The notes beneath the pieces were generated by a model. The model was not told where the DNA came from and searched no databases. It worked only from the letters and a program-made list of their open reading frames with translations. Made by a program: the position numbers and the translations under genes. A stretch of 64,000 bases of DNA. Origin: Perkinsela sp. CCAP 1560/9. Its lineage: Eukaryota; Protista; Euglenozoa: Kinetoplastea. Where the stretch lies: NCBI GenBank assembly GCA_965644495.1, contig CBFFSA010000010.1:248001-312000 (forward strand), written 5' to 3'. This document shows, in pieces, positions 23,701-33,686 of this stretch (the stretch's first letter is position 1; each line of letters begins with the position of its first letter).

Positions 23701-23756
23701 GGGGGCGGGAGAAGACCCTGCGGCATTGTTTGTTAGGGGGGTTGCCGTCGTTGTGA
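20703..23756 (+). CDS. RAD5/RAD16-like SNF2 ATPase with RING finger
   Basis: GGILADFLGLGKT, RIILDEAH, WCVTATPLHN, RLRQVCCHP, RING CDIC..PCGHSLCHPC, GLNLTAANHV, WWNPAVEEQAVGRAHRIGQ. Confidence 0.93.
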   Translation: MNFSLPRRHFLRIRPSVFHLDRTCTAARSLCHTTFSKKQQGGSSSPVGSKPEMAQSDAVLGCAKTSAIPQKRHLKDVTDETGSHDTLPPTCSADNPDTSLEGPITELSAEFCQQLTQKESQNTISEELIQRIVPSSRMNIELLPFQKEAVAWMVRREIISNGGILADFLGLGKTVELIGLMLANPLRLLHSDTQLAHEIIQSAGPEASSVAHMHRIVTVTRLLYRLPGIGSCSRFTRPGEDLLELRIRLDQETENLTPENHKEILSKSLARIEPWLKYAARSFPNYLRKCRAFLDAPVSTKAVCQNTSELRTLIIVPSAIIMQWKHELETRIRPELKLRTFVAHGQGIKNLPSAVLEQYDFVLTTYDTLVSHAADSLCRKDADPESAPEEKSDESELNSVEWPSGDGHDTHMGGSNNTEDLWRRDQCGPMFNVYWKRIILDEAHIIRHSTTLRWKAVHQLLGMKRWCVTATPLHNSVLDLQSLLRFVGAPELPVSKKVDNAMFLSDTLLRRSLARSLCNVVLRREPVMPITTRGPRGTDSKPAFRTLVALPPKHEFVDLCTPTGLEASLYNRIIQRTQTKLSRSTSSKTAMSVFAMLCRLRQVCCHPWLVEGADLTEDDVLCDICEQVLEYPVRTPCGHSLCHPCLNAAFERAADPPPSKIESTTPGADTLYEVPHSPQHPLDGPLPHSAHLMLGNPPTKSTPTAPPSRGPPPEPNASTPSPTPIRIPCPHPGCPAFLTRATLRASSPRPPLDLDARRALYRARPFHSSSKLDMLLAILSSTRAAHPHDKILLFSHFVSFLAILEIALSRSNIPSLSLHGSLPPAERAAVLHTFATDPSVGVLLASKMASGVGLNLTAANHVVVADPWWNPAVEEQAVGRAHRIGQTKEVFVHRCVTKGSVEGLCVGIAARKRVVGEGVLRGAMGGGGGGEGGEGVWKGEKKTVPVIRYHRGKGEGGGEGGEEGVEGLLHSGTIQRMAQTLLGGGVGQGRGVEEGREVMGGREKTLRHCLLGGLPSL

Positions 23757-23790
23757 GGGGATGGGAAGCGGAAGTGGAAGGATCGTGCTG
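22670..23790. other. C-to-G skew-switch island 4 (centre about 23220), the most extreme
   Basis: Dominated by C at 22800-23160 and by G at 23400-23720. Confidence 0.95.
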
Positions 23791-24144
23791 GTCTTGCCGG
23801 AGCTTGCGCCATGTACAATTGACGTATACTGTGGCGCCCCCGTTTAACACGAACCCCCGGATGCCGCCCTTTAGTGCGGCAAGATTCTTTTTTCTTGGTT
23901 TTCAATATGTTTTTTAGATTTTATTGCAGAGGAAAATTATTAGATTGAATTATCGACCATCTTCTCTCTATAATTTACTCCACGCGTACAGATGTTGTGT
24001 GTCATTGTATTTCCCCACGGAGTGAAACGTCCAGATCTTGTATAGGAAGGTAGCTTGGGCAAGGGATCACTTGCAGTGCTTGGCTCTTTGCGTTTCGAAG
24101 TTTTGCCAAAATTTGTTCTTGAGCGAATTTCCGGATCATCTCAT

Positions 24145-24330
24145 TTTTCTTTTTTGGACTCTTCCTTAAACACGATGGTTGTTTTCAACATAGAGGTCAC
24201 CACTGCTGCGCGCTTTGCGTTGAAAACTACCTCCGCGTTTAAGGAAAAGCCCAAAAAAGAAAAATTGGAAGGAAGAAGCGAGAGGGAATAGCCTTTTGTT
24301 GAGTAAAAAAGAGTGACGTTTTGGCTATTT
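24145..24330 (-). repeat. Repeat family A, copy 4 (hairpin)
   Basis: TTCCTTAAACACGATGGTTGTTTTCAAC...GTTGAAAACTACCTCCGCGTTTAAGGAA. Confidence 0.8.
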
Positions 24331-24331
24331 T

Positions 24332-25025
24332 TTATGATTCTTGAAGCTGCCCCAGAGACCTGTATTTGTCAACGTACGAAATTTTGTCCAGGTAGGCCGT
24401 GCTGAGCTCTTTTTGTCCACCTGGAACTCTACCAAATCTCATCCATGCTGTTTTCGTCTTGCCTATGGCGATTTGAAAATTCTCTCGTTGAGACTCCTGA
24501 GCCGTGAGGTCAATCATGCGGGAAATCTCACCTTTAGTTGATACCAATGGAGCGATATTATCAGCATACTTGATGTCTTGTAGCCGTACCTCTTGTAACC
24601 CTCCGCTCTTTGTCCTTTGGCTCCTAAGAAGAACCCCAAGGGGCTTGCCGTCCAATGCTCGGTGTAGAATGCGGTCAATGACAAGAATGAAAAGATAAGG
24701 TGCCAAGACGTCCCCTTGAAGAATACCAGTTGTGATTTGAAATGAATCCGTATTTCCGTAGGGGGTCCGAACAACATCCTGAAGACCTATGTATATAGAC
24801 ATTATAGTTCGCAGCATTGCAGGGCCAACGTGGAAAGCCTGCAGGGCAGCCTTGATAGCCCGAAAAGAGACGGAGGGAAAAGCTTTGACAAAGGCTAGAA
24901 AAGCGACCACTAATCCAGACTTGTCTCGACAAGCCCTGGTCTTCACCTCGTTGAGGAGTATTTGCGCGCCAGATGTAGAGCGCTCTGGGCGAAACCCCTA
25001 CTGACTGTCCCGCAGAATTGGTTAA
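24332..25025 (-). pseudogene. Non-LTR retrotransposon RT fragment (RTE/LINE-like, distinct from the element at 54.8 kb)
   Basis: Q*GFRPERST, AFLAFVKAFPSV, TGILQGDVLAPYLFILVID, KYADNIA, VDKYRSLG. Confidence 0.88.
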
Positions 25026-26454
25026 CGCTCACTAGGGAATAATACCACTTTTAAAGAAGGCGTAGAAATCCAATAAAATAAGAAACGTTCTGTAGGCCAA
25101 TAAACTGCAGCGCGCTCTGCACTGAAAAAAAAAGGTTTAACAACACTTTTATAAACCTCTCGATACTAAAAGAAGCACATGTAGGGTCATGCTTTTACTT
25201 TCTCACTCCTATACTAAATGACTACGATAGTACGAAAGAGAATGATACTAGATCAACGTGACGTCCTACAAAAAATTGTAAGCGTTTTATGGAAAAAAAT
25301 TGTTGGGCAAAAGTGGATGAAAAGATATGGAAACGTGTACGGAAAACCTCGCAAAAATGTATTGTAATTCACCCCTTAAAAAACTTCCTTCGAACCCTTG
25401 AACCTTACCAATCTTAATCCCGTTCCTTCTGCTTTTTGATCTTTCCCTTTAAAAGCACTTGCTTGCATGGGCATGCGTATTCAGCACGTTTCGCCTGCTC
25501 AATTGTTTCACAACAAACAAAGGCGAGAAGTTTGCTAGACAGAACTAGTCGGGGGACGGGGGTGTGTGGCCCGGCTCGGTAGCGGCGCCCTGCGTATTTG
25601 GTCTTAAGGCGTGGAGGGGCCTTGTCAGGAGAGACGGACAAGATGAGTTTGGAGGGCGACCTGATGTGGGGCACCACATTCGGTGCATACTATGTTACCC
25701 GCGTTGATGAGGTAGAGGCGGTCCTCAATGGCCTTCTGGGTGGCGTGCAGACCACGAAAGGCCTCGAGGATTAACTCGCGGCGATCCCGGGCCTCTGTTT
25801 CCTCCTGAGAGGCCCTCGTACTCGAACCTCAGGTCCCTCACCAGACACAGAGAGGCGGATCATCTTCCGGTTTCGGCTAAGGGGCGTCCCGAGCTGGAAG
25901 AGGCAGGGAGGAGTCTATGGCGCACCGCGTCCATCGCTTTGAACAGTTTCGCCATCGTGGCCAATTTTGGCGGATGCTCATCCAAGGGGGAGCGTCGCTG
26001 TCCGTAGTGTCCAAAGCAGTCGAAAGGGCGATCTCATGGCCTGACACAAAAACGCGGGCAAAGGACTCTCGAGAGCTGTCGGATCCGGGGAATGGAGCGA
26101 AAGAAACGTTATAGGATTTCTTAAGGATCGGGGTAGGGGCGACCGTAGTGGATGTTCGAGTTGAGCCTAGATCGGCTCCTGGAAGAAGAAGAGCGTGGGA
26201 TCCTGCTGAGCGAAGAATTGGGTCGAAAGGATGGAGAGGACGGCGATGATCGGGAGGAAGGGGTCCCAGAGGCTTGCACCGGCGCGCGTGCTCTAATGTC
26301 GTTACCCATTTGTACGTGTACGTATCCATCGTACGGGTAATTCGCTTCACTGTCTCTACGATTTTCCCTTTCAGATTTTCAATTGAGATTTCCGAATGTG
26401 GTTTCGTAAACACATTGGATCTCGCAATGTTTTGCTAGTTTTGTTATTTCACTA

Positions 26455-26840
26455 AAAGCTCCCACGTAGGGTTCTGGCGGTGCGGATATATTACGAGGCT
26501 TCCCCTGATAGCGCGCTGAACCATTGTTTCCCTACATTCGGAGGCAAGGCTCTTGTCTCCTCCGAAAAGAGAGTTTTACACGCGAGTAGTGGAGTTTCCT
26601 CTTGCGCCTACCTCAAATACCAGTAAAAATGTAGATCGATTAATAAGCTTTCTCTGATTGTAGATGAACGAATGCTTACGAACCTTCCGCTCGTGAACAT
26701 CGGAAAAGTTTTCTTCCCATGGGGAAGTCAACTCGATAATGAATTCCGCCCCATTATGCAACTTTACCCATTCATCTGGTCTCAATTCAGTTTCCTGCGA
26801 GAGCCGGGCGGGGGGTTTCTGTATTGTTGCAAGTCGAAGT
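26455..26840 (-). pseudogene. 3' fragment (RLE endonuclease) of the RLE retrotransposon family
   Basis: ELRPDEWVKLHNG..IIELTSPWEENF..HERK..FEVGARG. Confidence 0.88.
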
Positions 26841-27032
26841 GTAAAAGGGGGTGTAATTTGGTTCGCCCCCTCTTTTACAGTGGAATTTACCCACATTTAC
26901 ATTTACTATTTTTATACACATTTACATTTATTCTGTGAATGTAAATCATCCAAACAAACAAATTTGAATATTACTACAACACAAGAGAGCGGTGTTCGAA
27001 ATAAAAAAGTGTCTTGCGTTCTCTTTTCAATA

Positions 27033-28138
27033 CTGTGACCCCCCCCCCGTTTAATGCGGACCCCCCTGATCCCCCCCTTTAATACGGAATTTTTTGAAGT
27101 TTTTTGGAAGGAAAACCTTCGATTTTTATTTTTTCGCTTTTCATTGTTCGAGAGCACGACTCAAAGGGATGTTTGTCAGCCGAGTGATCGCTTTTGCCCC
27201 AAGTCCACTCTTCGTTGAGATCAGTAGCCGGCTACAGAAGTGATGCCGTATAAGACTTTAAAAACCTGGTTTGCGGTGCGCCCATGTGCGGCCATCAGAA
27301 GAGGTTCCCAAAATTAAGTTTTACCGCGGCACTTTATATCGAAGCATAACCAATGATCTTCCTTAAGAGTACGTACCCGTGGCTCATGACCTTGCGAACA
27401 AGTAACGGCCTCATACATAAGAGTATGATTTTTATCCGGAATATGATGCTGTCTTCCGTTGCCATATAAAGCAAAGTATTGGACCACTTATCAGTGCATG
27501 AAAAATCGGAGCAGCCCGGGCAACCCATTTAGGGTAAAAGAAGAACACTCGCTCCCGCGCAACCGCCCTTACCCCGCACAAATCCCCCTCCCCCCTTGTG
27601 CCACCCTCCCAAGCCAAATCCTTGTTACTGGGGGGTCTATTACTTGTGGGTCTACGGTATATCGGAAAAAGGCGACTCAAAATAATCGAACTTTTTACTT
27701 CCTGAAGGAAACGTCTCATTATCCTGTAAATGGTGTTACAGGATAACATACCCCCCGGTACGTTATCTTGTTACAGATATCTTGCTACAGGTATGTTAAC
27801 TTTTATGCCATCATTGTTTTGAAGAATATGATTACCAAACTCAAAAAAAAGTTAACATTCCTGTAGCTACTTAACATTCTCCCCGGAATGTTAAACTGCA
27901 CTGTGGTTTAGTATCTCCCTCGTCCACTTTAGTCTGGGTCGTGCTCGTAAAATTTATTTCCCCTACAGATCACCCCCCTTCACCAATTTCATCAAAAAAA
28001 ATAGGCGCCGCAAAGCGGCGCGAAACTTCTTTGTCGCATTTTTTAGCTTAAAAACAGGGTCACTTTCTTATCTTTAGTACCCCCCCATTAATACGGACAA
28101 TGTCCAAAAATCTGTCCGTATTAAAGGGGGGGTCACAG
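27033..28138. mobile_element. Non-autonomous TIR element with TA TSD
   Basis: TA|CTGTGACCCCCCCCCCGTTTAATGCGGA ... TCCGTATTAAAGGGGGGGTCACAG|TA. Confidence 0.85.
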
Positions 28139-28234
28139 TACATCAATAAGACATGTGTTGAACTCATGCAGAAACGGAATTTGAATTCCAGAAACAAAAT
28201 ATAAGTTTGGGTACCTTTTCCACGTTTTTTTAGT

Positions 28235-28825
28235 ATGCAATACCCCATCTCCATCACCGCGTGGCGTGAGTCCCTCACCGGGGTTCGTCTCCGTGGTCTA
28301 CTCGCCCCCCCTCCCCCCCTCCACCGGGTCTCCTCAGCCCGCACCCCCCTCCCCACGCTCGTCGAGGAACGTGACCTCACCCACAGCGGGTGGCACTTCC
28401 TGTGGCCCGTGCGTCACGCCCTGCTCCCCGTCAACCTCCCTTTTGCACAAAAACAGAAACTACGAGAGGAGAGACAAAAGGAGCTGTTCCGGATGCATGC
28501 CGGGAAAGGCACACGCGGGGCATGGGATATGGGAGATGGAGCGGGTCGCCCACTCCCACGTACCAACGTAATCCACTTAACCCAACTGTGTTACCCTGAG
28601 TGGGTCCCGGACCGTATGAAGGTTTGGAGACCCCTGAGTACGGTGAAACCGTACCACAGCCAGGCGGGCGGTGAGCTGTCGAGGTCCGCGGGTTTCCGAT
28701 CCGCGGACAAGAGTGTGGTCGGGGAACGGTGTGGGGGAAGGGCCCATGGGTGGAAGAAGAAAAGGACGCTAATGTGGCAACTTTCCGACCACATGCAAGG
28801 GTACTCCCCGATGCGGGGGTATTGA
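28235..28825 (+). CDS. Hypothetical basic protein, possibly mitochondrial (e.g. mitoribosomal); also weak skew island 5
   Basis: 196-aa ORF on the genic strand, Arg/Trp/His-rich, with a C-rich 5' half and a G-rich 3' half. Confidence 0.6.
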   Translation: MQYPISITAWRESLTGVRLRGLLAPPPPLHRVSSARTPLPTLVEERDLTHSGWHFLWPVRHALLPVNLPFAQKQKLREERQKELFRMHAGKGTRGAWDMGDGAGRPLPRTNVIHLTQLCYPEWVPDRMKVWRPLSTVKPYHSQAGGELSRSAGFRSADKSVVGERCGGRAHGWKKKRTLMWQLSDHMQGYSPMRGY

Positions 28826-29059
28826 GGCAAAAAGGGGAGGGCTGTGTGAAATAGTCAATGTGACTGTAAATTCAGAACACATAAAAAATATTGAAGAGCA
28901 CTGAACGTTTCCCTTTTTGAAAACGTATAGCACACCTGGATGTGTCAATGTAGTTGATGTTTGTATGTGACCTAAATACTATAAGTACATCTCAAATACG
29001 CACTCGAGCGTGCTAATTTCTACACGTACCACCACTTTTTCATTAGGTGCGATACATGC

Positions 29060-30163
29060 ATGCTTGATATTCGCTCTCTCTATGGCGCGTTAGCTCCAGG
29101 AACTGTCCGGTCAAGCTCTGCTTTAAACAATTATGCTGTTCGTCATACTTTTCCCGAATTCCTAACCTCTATTGTGTGCGTTCTTCTGTGGATGATTGTC
29201 TTTGTTTCAATTCGATACAATATTGAGAACAAACGGATTTATAATCCTCTAACGCAATCTAGCATCGCTGGAGGCATCTTTTGTACCGTATTTAACAGCT
29301 TTTCATCGGTTGTGTCTAGAAACTATTTCCTGCCTACTTTTGTTGAAGAGTTGTCAAAGGCAAGTTTAAATAGCTGTGTCACCAAAAAAGAAAATTCGGT
29401 AAACTTGTCACCGTCTATCCGTTCCAAGAAAAGATCCTTGTTTACGAATGACTTACCGAAGAATCGCGTACGACACTTAGGACTTATTATGGATGGCAAT
29501 CGTCGATACGGAAAAAGATTTTGTGCCCTTCCATCGCAGGGCCACATAGCAGGGGCGCAGAAATTGCTAGAAGTGCTGGACTGGTGTCTTGAATTAGATA
29601 TTACCACCATTACGGCGTTTGCTTTCTCTACTGAAAACTGGAATCGGGATCCAAATGAAATCGAAGTCTTGTTGGATGTTTTAGAGTCGTACATTCCAGA
29701 GATGCAAGATTTTGCGGCGAAACATCATGCGAGGGTACGATTTCTGATCACTGATCGGGGAAAAATTCCAGATCATATTCAGGAGCTAATGTGCAAGTTG
29801 GAAAAAATAACGGAAAGTCATAGCGCGATGACGATAAATCTTTGCGTCAGTTACGGGGCGCGTAGTGAGATATTGAACGCGGTTTATAAAATTGCACAAA
29901 AGGCTAGAGATGATCCGCACTACGACATAAGCAGCTTAACGGAGAAATCTTTTGAGTCGTATCTTGCGACAAGAGGCAATCAAGATCCGGACCTCATTCT
30001 GCGCACGTCAGGTGAACAACGAATGAGTAATTTCTTACTATGGCAAGGATGCTTCAGTGAACTATTTTTCGAAGAAACCTTATGGCCGCAACTTACCCGA
30101 GACCGATTTCGAAACATCGTTCTTAAAGAATATCCTAGTCGCTCGCGCAGGTGGGGAAGATAA
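29060..30163 (+). CDS. cis-prenyltransferase (dehydrodolichyl/undecaprenyl diphosphate synthase family) with N-terminal TM extension
   Basis: HLGLIMDGNRRY, FAFSTENWNR, SYGARSEI, PDLILRTSGEQRMSNFLLWQ, C-terminal RRWG. Confidence 0.96.
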   Translation: MLDIRSLYGALAPGTVRSSSALNNYAVRHTFPEFLTSIVCVLLWMIVFVSIRYNIENKRIYNPLTQSSIAGGIFCTVFNSFSSVVSRNYFLPTFVEELSKASLNSCVTKKENSVNLSPSIRSKKRSLFTNDLPKNRVRHLGLIMDGNRRYGKRFCALPSQGHIAGAQKLLEVLDWCLELDITTITAFAFSTENWNRDPNEIEVLLDVLESYIPEMQDFAAKHHARVRFLITDRGKIPDHIQELMCKLEKITESHSAMTINLCVSYGARSEILNAVYKIAQKARDDPHYDISSLTEKSFESYLATRGNQDPDLILRTSGEQRMSNFLLWQGCFSELFFEETLWPQLTRDRFRNIVLKEYPSRSRRWGR

Positions 30164-30709
30164 GAATTGCACATATTGAACATAATGTCTTACCTATTTC
30201 CATGCGCCTTTCTAGTACAGTACTACAACTGTACAGTACAACTACAGCAGTACAGTGCTACAGCATTGCGTGTTGAATACTTCGGCTAAAGAGAGAACTT
30301 CAGGTAGCACTCAATTGTCGGGGAAGCCCTGAAGTCACGTAGTGTTTTGAAAAAAACTATTTTTTTCATTCACAGCATTTATGCCATGTGAAATCACGTG
30401 AAACTCTTCCAAGGCTCGCGGGATCAAAGGAGATCACATGAAATTGCACCTGGGCCCTCCATGTGGAAACAGTACTTCAAGACGCCTTTTTGCAGATCTT
30501 TACTGGGGATTAAAGAATCGGTTTCACTGATTTCATGATTCGTTGGCTTTAGAATTTTAATTATTTCTCTTAACTAAGAACGTTAGATGTTTTTTCAGCC
30601 AGTTTTTTCACCCTTTCTTCAACCCTTAGGAGATTATAAAAAAAGTGCTTTTTTACGAAGCCCCTCATGAATATCACATGCGTGTAGGCATTCGGTGGTA
30701 AGGGGTTAC

Positions 30710-33238
30710 ATGGAGCCCGCGGGAGCACACAACTTGTGGCGTTGGTTAACCGAGCTTCGTGTCGGTGTTTCTTCTCCAAGGCTTCCTGATGATGTCAACG
30801 CGGAAATAGATGAATCCTTTCAGGCAGTGGTGGGACCTCCCGAAACACACGTAAAAGTGTTAAAAACGAATCATAGAAACGCAAGGAAGTGGAATAAAAA
30901 ATATTCGATTGTTTCACTTGGCGGTGTCGATCGCTTGAACAAAGTGCGGCATGATAACCCGAGGCAAATATCTCTTTCCGAGAGTTTTTTCTTGGGCTCT
31001 AGAGGGGGTTCTACAAAGACTAATCTAGCTGGATCTCGCATTAAGCGATCCAGCATTTCAGCTGATACACAGCTGAATGATTTAGAGCCAAAGGAATATG
31101 TAAATTCCAACCCACCAGAGCACATGGGTTTTCCACGTCGTGCCGAAATCGATCCAGAGGAAATGATTTCCGAAAAGATTGGTATTTCTCCATTATCACC
31201 TCCCTTTTTAAAATTGCACTCCCTTCCAAATAATGGAGGGAATCTAGGCATTCTTTCCACATCTTTCAGCGATGACGGAAATCAGACGGACTATGATACC
31301 GTTCATTGGTTTCTCCCTACTATGATCTACCTGTTGGTGAATTCTCCTTCCAGTAACCATGCGGAAGCGGACGCAGCACATGAATGGATATTAGGATTTC
31401 TAGAATCTACGTGCTCCACATCGCCTTATTTATGTATGCGTATGATTCTTCTGACGCGAACTGTTATGGAGTTTCATCCAAACGACACAGAAATCCGGCG
31501 CAGACTCGATAGAGTGTTGCGCATAGCATCAGTAGCAGTTCCAGATACGGTACAACGTCGGACGTTCTTTTTTCTTGAATCGCTTGCTCGCATTTCACAA
31601 TGTTTAGCGCACAGTAGCTCCCCCCAGGAGCAGCAAAGCACAATGACGCACATGCTCGACACTCTGAATGATTTCATACGACCCACGGTGGGTCAATTTA
31701 CTGTGCAGGACGCCTTATTGCTCCCTATTTCAACCCCTAGCTCGCCACTCCATCGCGTCCTCCGCGTTGTTCCTCAAGGGGGAAATATATTCAATACACG
31801 AAGTCGAACGCCATATGAAGTGATAGTTGAGATGCAAGTGGACACATCCAGAACCCTGGGCGAAATTTCTCCCGCACAGTTGGAGGACAACATTTTAGCA
31901 AGCAACCCTGTACAAGACAACGGCGTACCTGTACGTGAGAACAGCTCACCTACACAAGAAGAACCATCCCCAGCAACTCCACCTATCCCCGATACATCCA
32001 CAGCGCAACAGCCACAAAAAACGCATCCAACCCCTCTCACCCCAACAACCCCCCTCCCCATCATCGAACCTCTCTCTCATTATCTCTCCTCCTCCTCTTC
32101 CTCATCAACCTCCTGTCATCACCATCACTACAATGACAACAACAGCAACAACAACAAAAATGAAAATAGCCACATAAGTGGTACTTCATCCCATGAGACC
32201 AAAAGGAATGAAAACAACAATAGCCACCAAAACGGTTCTTCATCCCATGATACCAAAGGGAATCAAAACAATAGCAACAGCAACCATAGCCCCCAAAGTG
32301 GTTCTTCATCCCATGAGACCAAAAAGAATCGAAATGATTACAACCACAACCCCAACCCCTCCCCCCTCCCCTGGTCGCGACGGCAGGCCGCCCTCCGCTT
32401 CCAGTCCCCCTACAGCCACCTCCCCGGCTGGTCCCTCCGCAGCTACATTGTGAAGTCCGGGGACGCGCTGCTGCAGGAGCTGTTCGCGATGCAACTCATC
32501 GGGACCCTCGCCGCGGTGTGGCGGGAGGCCGCGCTCCCGCTGCGGCTCCTCCCCTACGACATCCTGGTGGTGGGCCCCCGCTGCGGGCTCCTCACCTGCG
32601 TGAGGGACGCCACCAGTATGGATGGGGTAAAACGGGCCTATGTGGAGAGCGGGGAGGGGGACGGGGCCGCGCCTCGTCTACGGCAACACTTTGAAAAGGT
32701 GTATGGGAACCCTCGGGGGGACCGCTTTAAAAAAGCACAGCAGAATTTTACCGAAAGCTGTGCGGCCTACTCCCTGGTGGGGTATTTGTTACAAGTCCGG
32801 GACCGGCATAATGGGAATATTTTGTTATGCGCGGATGGCACCGTGGTGCATATTGATTTTGGGTATTGCTTAACCACAAGTCCCGGGGGATGGAATTTTG
32901 AATCCGGACCGTTTAAACTTCCGCAGGAGTATATCGAGGTGATGGGCACCGATGGGTTTTTGCTGTTTCAGTTGTTGTTGTATTTGGGGTTACGGCATTT
33001 ACGTCCCCAGATTGAGCGGATTGCCTCGCTTGTGGAGATGACCGATCCGCGGTGTCTGCCGTGTGTGGGGGAGGATCCGTGGGTTGCGGCCCAGGGACTG
33101 CGTCGTCGTGCGCTGCTCTCGCTTTCGGAGGATCAGCTGATGCAGGCTGTGAAGGATTTAGTCGAGTGTAGCATGGATAACTGGAGGACACGCTCGTATG
33201 ATGCTTTTCAGCGCTTGCAGAATGGAATATTGCACTAG
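30710..33238 (+). CDS. Phosphatidylinositol 4-kinase type III beta (PIK1-like)
   Basis: FNTRSRTPY, IVKSGDALLQELFAMQLI, SCAAYSLVGYLLQVRDRHNGNI, HIDFG, FESGPFKL, YDAFQRLQNGI. Confidence 0.95.
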   Translation: MEPAGAHNLWRWLTELRVGVSSPRLPDDVNAEIDESFQAVVGPPETHVKVLKTNHRNARKWNKKYSIVSLGGVDRLNKVRHDNPRQISLSESFFLGSRGGSTKTNLAGSRIKRSSISADTQLNDLEPKEYVNSNPPEHMGFPRRAEIDPEEMISEKIGISPLSPPFLKLHSLPNNGGNLGILSTSFSDDGNQTDYDTVHWFLPTMIYLLVNSPSSNHAEADAAHEWILGFLESTCSTSPYLCMRMILLTRTVMEFHPNDTEIRRRLDRVLRIASVAVPDTVQRRTFFFLESLARISQCLAHSSSPQEQQSTMTHMLDTLNDFIRPTVGQFTVQDALLLPISTPSSPLHRVLRVVPQGGNIFNTRSRTPYEVIVEMQVDTSRTLGEISPAQLEDNILASNPVQDNGVPVRENSSPTQEEPSPATPPIPDTSTAQQPQKTHPTPLTPTTPLPIIEPLSHYLSSSSSSSTSCHHHHYNDNNSNNNKNENSHISGTSSHETKRNENNNSHQNGSSSHDTKGNQNNSNSNHSPQSGSSSHETKKNRNDYNHNPNPSPLPWSRRQAALRFQSPYSHLPGWSLRSYIVKSGDALLQELFAMQLIGTLAAVWREAALPLRLLPYDILVVGPRCGLLTCVRDATSMDGVKRAYVESGEGDGAAPRLRQHFEKVYGNPRGDRFKKAQQNFTESCAAYSLVGYLLQVRDRHNGNILLCADGTVVHIDFGYCLTTSPGGWNFESGPFKLPQEYIEVMGTDGFLLFQLLLYLGLRHLRPQIERIASLVEMTDPRCLPCVGEDPWVAAQGLRRRALLSLSEDQLMQAVKDLVECSMDNWRTRSYDAFQRLQNGILH
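31960..33100. other. C-to-G skew-switch island 6 (centre about 32550), including 3 tandem SSHETK.N.NN repeats at 32150-32345
   Basis: C/A-rich 31960-32440, G/T-rich 32620-33100. Confidence 0.85.
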
Positions 33239-33686
33239 TAGCGTGGAGCAGGGAATTGAATCGCCGGGTAGGTGATGCTCTGGATTGAATCATGGAGGAC
33301 GAATTTCGTGGCCTTAGAAAATGTGCCAAGTAATAGGGTAATAAAAATAAGGATATGATATAATAGAGTAATAAAGAAATAATAAAAATACAGACACCAC
33401 GCGCTATTTTACCCTGTTTTTTTGTCACTCTCACATTCAGCATCGAGCAAACTCTTTAGTTCAAGCTACTTACGCAACTATTTTTCTATGACTCCCCAGA
33501 CCCCCGTCATCGCTCCTTCTTTTTCTCTCTCTCCGGTAGTTTGTCTCTCACTTTACTCGATCGCGCTACACTTTCTATGAGTTCTGGCCACATTCTCCGC
33601 CGATTTGACCAGCCTCCCAACTTGCTGTGTCTATTAAAAATATAGTAGAACACACATTTGGGTGCATTGAATAACTCTATACCCCC

